Positions 57,346 through 63,090 of a stretch of DNA of 63,090 bases are shown here, piece after piece (the stretch's first letter is position 1; every line of letters starts with the position of its first letter). A model generated the notes under the pieces. It searched no databases. It was given only the letters and a program-made list of their open reading frames with translations, and was not told the origin of the DNA. Position numbers and translations under genes: made by a program. The DNA comes from Craspedostauros australis (taxonomy: Eukaryota): NCBI GenBank assembly GCA_030167865.1, contig JALAGF010002624.1, forward strand, positions 1-63,090, in the 5' to 3' direction.

Positions 57346-57417
57346 AGGCGAGTGGCGCAACGGTAGCGCATCTGACTTCTAATCAGGGGGTTGCGGGTTC
57401 GAGTCCCGTCTTGCCTA
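57346..57417 (+). tRNA. tRNA-Arg (anticodon TCT), intronless
   Basis: Cloverleaf: acceptor AGGCGAG/CTTGCCT, D-stem GCGC/GCGC, anticodon arm TCTGA-CTTCTAA-TCAGG, T-arm GCGGG-TTCGAGT-CCCGT, discriminator A. Confidence 0.93.
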
Positions 57418-57420
57418 CAC

Positions 57421-57425
57421 TTTTT
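57421..57425 (+). terminator. RNA polymerase III oligo-T terminator of the tRNA
   Basis: TTTTT three bases after the tRNA 3' end. Confidence 0.75.
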
Positions 57426-57900
57426 GTTTGGGCGTCCGTTCAACGCGGCTTCGCCTTGGGTATTTGTTTTGCCTGAAAGTTGGGTGAGTTGTTCGCTATT
57501 TTTCGGTTTTTGTGCGAATGACCATGACCATGTTTCTCCCGATCGTTGGCGGAGAGTACAGTTTGTGATAGCAGTGTGATTTAAGCCTACGGCTAGGGAG
57601 TCGGTGGACATTTGCAATGACCGCACCAAATGGCGGTGGAAAACACACAAATCGAACCAAAAGGGCGCGATGCGGCCGCAAAGATCCTCTGCTTGGTTTA
57701 GCGCGAGAGCGAAGCCCAAAAAGATACTCTTTCGTCTCTTTTTCTCGGGTTGGATGTCAGCCCTCTTTCTCTTCGGCGGTGCTTGGCGACAGCCCCAACA
57801 CAGGTTGTGGCTCGTACCACGGCCTTCACAGCCGCCCCGTGGAATAGTTCTGTGCACACCAGCCGTAGCCGAACGACATCGATCGCCCGAGGCTGCCTGG

Positions 57901-57948
57901 GATTATCGGAGATTGTCAGAGATTGTCAGAGATTGTCAGAGATTGTCA
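57901..57948. repeat. 10-bp tandem repeat (GATTGTCAGA), 3 perfect and 2 imperfect copies
   Basis: gattatcgga gattgtcaga gattgtcaga gattgtcaga gattgtca, about 75-120 bp upstream of the TPR gene ATG. Confidence 0.9.
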
Positions 57949-58023
57949 CTTCCACAACATCCAGAAGGACGACAGCATCATCATCATCATCATCAACGAC
58001 TCCCACCCGCTCACTCAATCACC

Positions 58024-58581
58024 ATGACGGACCGAATCCAAAAGCTCGAGGCCGCCCAGAAGCACTATGACATGGGCAAGGACCTTTCCTGGAACAAGGG
58101 GGACTTTGACACTGCGCTTGTCGAGCTGAAGAAGGCTCTCGACATCCGCCAGTCGGTATGGGGAATGTTCCACGACGAGACCTCCAAATCGTTCTACGAG
58201 ATCGGCCGCGCCCTGTTCGCCAAGAAGCTGTACACTGACTCCCTGGTGGCCTACCGCAGATGCTTGAGAATCCGCGTCACCCTGTACGGCAAGTTCCACA
58301 CGGAGACCAAGAATGCCGACCACTGCGTCCGCCTGGTCGTCCAGGCCAAGGGATTGTACAGCGCCCGGGAAATCAACGAGGCCGTCGACGCCATCTACAG
58401 ATCCATCGAGCACGAGATCAACGGAGACACCTACCGCAAGGCCGGACGCAACGCCGAGGCACAGCTCGAGTACATCAAGGCGGCTGGCATCGAGGAGTAC
58501 TTCTTCGGAAAGACCGGGGAGATCATCAACAGCATCAACCAAAAGGCCGGCATCAAGACGCCACCACCACCAGGACGTTAA
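58024..58581 (+). CDS. Small TPR protein (kinesin-light-chain-like TPR units)
   Basis: 185 aa from accATG at 58024: GDFDTALVELKKALDIRQSVWGMFHDETSKSFYEIG...YRRCLRIRVTLYGKFHTET. Strong GC3 bias. The upstream part of ORF 57604 looks non-coding. Confidence 0.88.
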   Translation: MTDRIQKLEAAQKHYDMGKDLSWNKGDFDTALVELKKALDIRQSVWGMFHDETSKSFYEIGRALFAKKLYTDSLVAYRRCLRIRVTLYGKFHTETKNADHCVRLVVQAKGLYSAREINEAVDAIYRSIEHEINGDTYRKAGRNAEAQLEYIKAAGIEEYFFGKTGEIINSINQKAGIKTPPPPGR

Positions 58582-59903
58582 GCGGTTCCAGCCAGGCCAG
58601 CAGAGTAGTCCAGCATGGAAGCACAGCAGTGGAACTAACACCACCAGCCAACCTGGCATCGGCACGTGCTGCATTCTCTTCGCATCTTCGTGAGTGCGAG
58701 GGGATGCCACCAATACAGCACGAGGTCGAGTGGATGGTTTCACCCAGTCGGACTGCTCTCACACCCGAGTCACAAGTCACACACACACACATACCCAAAA
58801 ATATAAAATAAGCTTCATCCGTTCTGCATGTTGATACAGCCACCACCATCCTCACTTCCAACGCAGTGGCTCGTAGAGCAGTCCAGCTCCTCTTTTGCGC
58901 GTTCACGCACGCGTACAGAGATCCCACAACGACGATGATGACGACAACGGCAGTGATCTCACCATGTGCGGCTGTCAGCATGTTCGTATCCAACATTCGT
59001 GTTGGCACCAAACAAAGCGCTTCTCCCTCGTTTTCATTCTGAACGAAATGACCGCGCGGACATTGATGGGTGGCAGTGAACGTACGAGCGACGAGCGATG
59101 GTACTCGTCGTGCGACGACTCACTTGTTTGTAAAGATATCATGCTGGAAACCTAAACATTGCTTGCGCAATTCTAACTCTACTATTGCTTGGGCGCTTGC
59201 TATTTGGCTTGAACTATTGTGTCCACTGCCTCACCGGTACTCGTATTAGCACAATGATAACGATGGATTCCTCTAGCTCGAACATGTTCGTTAGCTTCCG
59301 CGGCGTCGTACTCGTCTCTTTCCCGGATCAGGCGATGATTCAGTCCTCTTCCTGTCTGGGAGTCGCTGCCTGCTCGTGTGTATTGCATAATATTATAGAA
59401 TATAATATGTTGCAGTGTTGTGAAGAGTATGTATCCGTACTGGAGTGCAGCAGACGCAGTCCGTGCAAGGGATAGGAATATGAGCACCACGAAGCAGTTG
59501 GTGAGTGAGGAAGATCATGCAATAGTTGGCGGAATAGAATGATTGATTGATGGTTAGATAGACCAGGACGGGAGAAGCAGAAGTTGCGCTGTCTTGGGGG
59601 GGGGGGGGACGATCTCGATTGCTGTGCCGTTGCAAGAATCAGACAAAAAGCGTAATTCAAGAGTTATCATCAATAATACTCAGACAGCTCCAATAATGGT
59701 TGTCATCACATTCATGCAGCGAAGCAATCGTTCCCCATTCCCACCGCTATCGCAACCTGCACTCCCTACGACTCTGTTATTGTCTGAGACGAGAAACATC
59801 TTACCTTGGTTTGATTGGACTCGAATCGTTGCTGCTGCTCCCTCACGATGTTATCCAAGACGGGTGAATTCCCAGCCTGCACCAAGTTGCTCCCATGATA
59901 CCA

Positions 59904-62084
59904 TCACGACATTCTCGTCGCGGGCGGAGGACTGGGAGGACCCTTCGTTCCAATGTTGCCTCCACTGGTCACGTCAGGATCACGTCGTTTGTAGAGCATG
60001 TACTCCGTGTACTTGACCTCCCCACCAATGGTCTGCTCTTCGGCTTCGTGCATCGTGGGGATGTACACCATGCGATGCAACATGGACGTCTGCTCCGCGT
60101 CCAGAAACGGCTCTTGTGCCAGCAGCGTCCAGTCGACATCGCTCTCGAGGCAGTCCGTCGAATCCCAGAGGTCGATCATGTAGTCGCATTCTTCCTCCGA
60201 CTCCACCCAGCTGCCTGACGTGAGTTCGTTGTTGTCGTTGAAGTGACCTTCGGTGAGCGCGACCGATTCTGGTCCACTTCCGTACCAGGTGAATGGTCGG
60301 GGCAGCTGCCCGTCGAAGGAGGATGGACGAAAGCCGAGCTGGACATCTTCTGGCAGATAAAAGCTCGATGGGAATCTGTACCATTCGCCGCATGTGCAGA
60401 CAGTGGTGCGTTTCTTCGTTCTCTTGCTTGAAGACTCCTGCGTGCCGGCCTCCTTGCGCCTGCTCTCAACGATGTCGGTGCCAAGCTGCGCATAGATCGA
60501 CAGCGGTGCCATGTAGTACTTGGACAGCGCCGTGGCTCGACCGATGGAGACCACCGTGGATGCAGCTCCGACGAGGACTCCCAACATGAGCGACATCCAC
60601 GCAACCGATTTCTGTTTCTGCGCTGCGCTCGTTGGTTTGCTCATGAGGAAAGAGCCGAGCGCGGAGAAGATGGATGCGAGCATCTCCGAGAGCTGCTGCA
60701 CCGCCCATGCACCACCGAGGCAGAGGCATGGGTAGACGGGGAACAGGAAGCGTTCCTCCTTGTGGGGTCTGGGAACGACGACGAACAGCCACACGTACAT
60801 GGCCAGCAGGATGGTGAGGATGTCGCTCGTGGCAGGCTTGCTGGATGATGCTGGCTGCTGTTGGCTCGATGAGCCTTTGGCCTTGGGTGCCGAGACGAAG
60901 AGCGACGCAAGCATGCCGAGGATGCCGCGCACCAGCCACAGCGGCACGGAGGCAACGCCAAGCGCAGCCACGACGTTGAAGTTGAGGACGAGATTCCTGG
61001 CGTAGTAGGACAGCGGCTCGATGCCGTACAGCTCATCACCACCGCTGGACGTGTTGTAGAGGAAGATGTTGAGAATCGGCGAGATGATGATGCCGTATTC
61101 CTGGTAGTCGATGCCGAGCACAATCAGCTGGACGATGGCGGCGATGACGAGAGCCTTGATCAGCACCGCCACAACAGAGAGAAGGCCGGCGAAGAAGGAT
61201 CTGGACGCAGGCTTGGTTGCAGTGTCATCAGTGATTCCGTTGAATCCGCGGTACAGCACGCCCAAACCGCAGGGAACGAACATGACCACCCCAAAGGGCC
61301 AGCCGATGGCAAGCGTGGCCAGGACGGCCCAGAAGATGAACGTGGTTGGCTGGTGTTTGAGGTAGGCCGTGGTTGCTTTGAGCCAGCAGAAGGTGACGGT
61401 CGTCGATGGCAGCAACGCACCTGCCATGTGGCACATGCCTGCCGACACGAGCATGAACAGACCTGCCAGGTTCGGCACGGTGGTGGCGCTGTTGCCGTAC
61501 CGCGATCGCAGGGCCCGGATGAAGCCGACTTCTGCCATCGCCATGAACGCGGCGAGCGAGGCTCTCAGGAGCAGGAAGGTGGCCAAGCGATCATGCGAGA
61601 CGGGGTGCTGGTACTGCGTGTGGATGGCGAGGGTGGAATCAATTCCAGATGGCTTGCCCACCAGCAGGTCCGGCCAGTCCGGCGCGACGGCATCCAGCAC
61701 CGGGACGGCGACCGCGTAAAGGAACTTTCCGTAGACGCAGAGGGGGTAGAGGTAGGCGTAGGTTCGCAGGCCGAACTCATGGGCGTACTCCCAGGTCTGG
61801 AAGCCCGAGTCGAACATGAGGTAATGCAGCGGCTCCCAGTAGTTGTAGACCTCGTCGCAGTCCATGATGGGGAGGCGGTTGGACCATCCCACTCTCCAGC
61901 AGATGTACAGCGGCGGCAGAAGGCTTGCGAATATCGTCCACATCATCGATGATTCTGTTGCCTTCGATTCTATCGTCGTCGTCGTCGTCGTTGCGCCGGC
62001 TGGTGGCGGCGAGGGTGGCGCTGATGCCGATGTCGTTGACGGCGGCGGCCGTGGCTTTCTCCTGGATTTTGGTTTGCGCGCCAT
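59904..62084 (-). CDS. ALG9: Dol-P-Man alpha-1,2-mannosyltransferase ALG9 (GT22)
   Basis: 726-aa multi-pass membrane protein with IMDCDEVYNYWEPLHYL, FQTWEY...LRTYAY, GWPF, LYGIEPLSYYARNL, PHKEERFLFPVYP, EWYRFPSSFYLP, FDGQLP and FNDNN. Confidence 0.95.
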   Translation of the reverse strand: MARKPKSRRKPRPPPSTTSASAPPSPPPAGATTTTTTIESKATESSMMWTIFASLLPPLYICWRVGWSNRLPIMDCDEVYNYWEPLHYLMFDSGFQTWEYAHEFGLRTYAYLYPLCVYGKFLYAVAVPVLDAVAPDWPDLLVGKPSGIDSTLAIHTQYQHPVSHDRLATFLLLRASLAAFMAMAEVGFIRALRSRYGNSATTVPNLAGLFMLVSAGMCHMAGALLPSTTVTFCWLKATTAYLKHQPTTFIFWAVLATLAIGWPFGVVMFVPCGLGVLYRGFNGITDDTATKPASRSFFAGLLSVVAVLIKALVIAAIVQLIVLGIDYQEYGIIISPILNIFLYNTSSGGDELYGIEPLSYYARNLVLNFNVVAALGVASVPLWLVRGILGMLASLFVSAPKAKGSSSQQQPASSSKPATSDILTILLAMYVWLFVVVPRPHKEERFLFPVYPCLCLGGAWAVQQLSEMLASIFSALGSFLMSKPTSAAQKQKSVAWMSLMLGVLVGAASTVVSIGRATALSKYYMAPLSIYAQLGTDIVESRRKEAGTQESSSKRTKKRTTVCTCGEWYRFPSSFYLPEDVQLGFRPSSFDGQLPRPFTWYGSGPESVALTEGHFNDNNELTSGSWVESEEECDYMIDLWDSTDCLESDVDWTLLAQEPFLDAEQTSMLHRMVYIPTMHEAEEQTIGGEVKYTEYMLYKRRDPDVTSGGNIGTKGPPSPPPATRMS

Positions 62085-63090
62085 GGTGCAGTCAGTTGTG
62101 ACGATCTACAAGAGGTGTATTATACGAGCAGACGCAGACGCAGACGCGGTTGTGGCCGATACTGCAGCCGTTGCTGTTGATATCACCGTGCAGGAACGAG
62201 GTAGATCAACAACGTACCAGATCATCCAACAAAGCATGCGATTGTTGGTGATTGTGATGACCATGATGATTGCTGGATGATTGGTGGTGGCAATTCCGCA
62301 GCCGCACATCAAACAGGCTCGGTCGTGGTCCTTGGTCTCCGCCCACCGCATGGCATCATGCTCCGCAGACGATCCATCGTGGTTCTGATGGGATGAGAAC
62401 ACCAACAGGAACATGGGAAGCAGAGGGATGAAGCACGAACCATCACTGCATGGCTGGGATCCCTCGCTGATTCCGTAATGACATTGCTTCCACGTCGCGT
62501 GGGTGTCACGTCGAGAACATGTTGGTGTTGTTGCTGGGAGCGGATGTTGGCGGGAGTACCACTGTGTTGATGGAACTGTTCGCGCGAGTTTGCTTGCGCA
62601 ACACAACACCAACCATTTCTTCTCCACATCTCGTATCTTTGGACAGAAGGCAAGACTTTCATTTGGGCAGGCATATTTTGATGATGTCGACAACGTCATC
62701 ATGTGGACGTCTGTCCATCAGCCGGTTGACAAATGGATCTCGCAGGAGATTCGCGTTCAATTTCGGGTTCGGATTGTTGTGGAGGCAGCTCGCTGGAACA
62801 AATGGAAGCGACCGCTTGGCCAGCAGAAGGAAAAGAACAATGGTCGCCTCTGTTGCGTTTTCGTTGCGAACTCTCTTGGTTCCGCCACAACTGCTGGAGG
62901 TCTTGCGAGAGCGCCATCCTCCTCGTTGTCCTTGCCCTTCCTTCCTCCGCTCTTTCCTTCTTTGTTTGTTTGTTGCTGCCGGTGACGGTTTGTTGGTGGT
63001 GGTTACCCTTGGGGGGGGGGGGAAAGACGGTAATTTTGCATTTCCCATGATAAGGCAACAACAGTTTCTTCCATAATCAGCAGTTCAAAA

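Noticed and set aside
54738-57948. Short tandem repeats considered as CRISPR-like arrays
   Set aside because: The units are directly adjacent with no spacers, the context is eukaryotic, and there are no cas genes.
57604-58023. N-terminal extension of the TPR ORF including RLSEIVRDCQ repeats and a His run
   Set aside because: It is translation of the 10-bp tandem repeat and a (CAT)n microsatellite. Coding-like codon bias begins at ATG 58024.
59384-59414. AT-rich imperfect hairpin (tgcataatattata-gaa-tataatatgttgca)
   Set aside because: It is short and low in complexity, with no target-site duplication or second copy to suggest a MITE or structured RNA.
1-62084. Glycosylation 'cluster' (PTS protein, GT90, GT61 remnant, ALG9)
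   Set aside because: The genes are spread over 60 kb among unrelated genes and belong to common families, so nothing indicates functional clustering.

Overview
This is eukaryotic nuclear DNA, most likely from a raphid pennate diatom (inference from GT-AG introns, diatom-type cyclin, HSF, LRR and 7TM receptor genes, bipartite plastid-targeting-like presequences and CAA-rich leaders). It holds about 18 protein-coding genes. These include a PTS-repeat secreted protein running off the left edge, an LRR membrane protein, a spliced GT90 glycosyltransferase, an AIFM2/FSP1-like oxidoreductase, a UPF0020-type RNA methyltransferase, a cyclin, a PPR protein, a two-domain HSF, an NSUN2-like methyltransferase, an OEP61-like TPR protein, a Xi-class GST, two tandem 7TM receptors, a 7-exon ABCA transporter, a small TPR protein and ALG9. 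There is also one tRNA-Arg(TCT) and a disrupted GT61 glycosyltransferase remnant not visible in the ORF track. The strongest non-coding signal is a cluster of eight TGACGT/ACGTCA bZIP/aureochrome-type sites in about 450 bp upstream of the cyclin, suggesting a light-gated cell-cycle promoter. I found no CRISPR array, rRNA or intact transposon. All family assignments come from reading motifs by eye; no database search was run.
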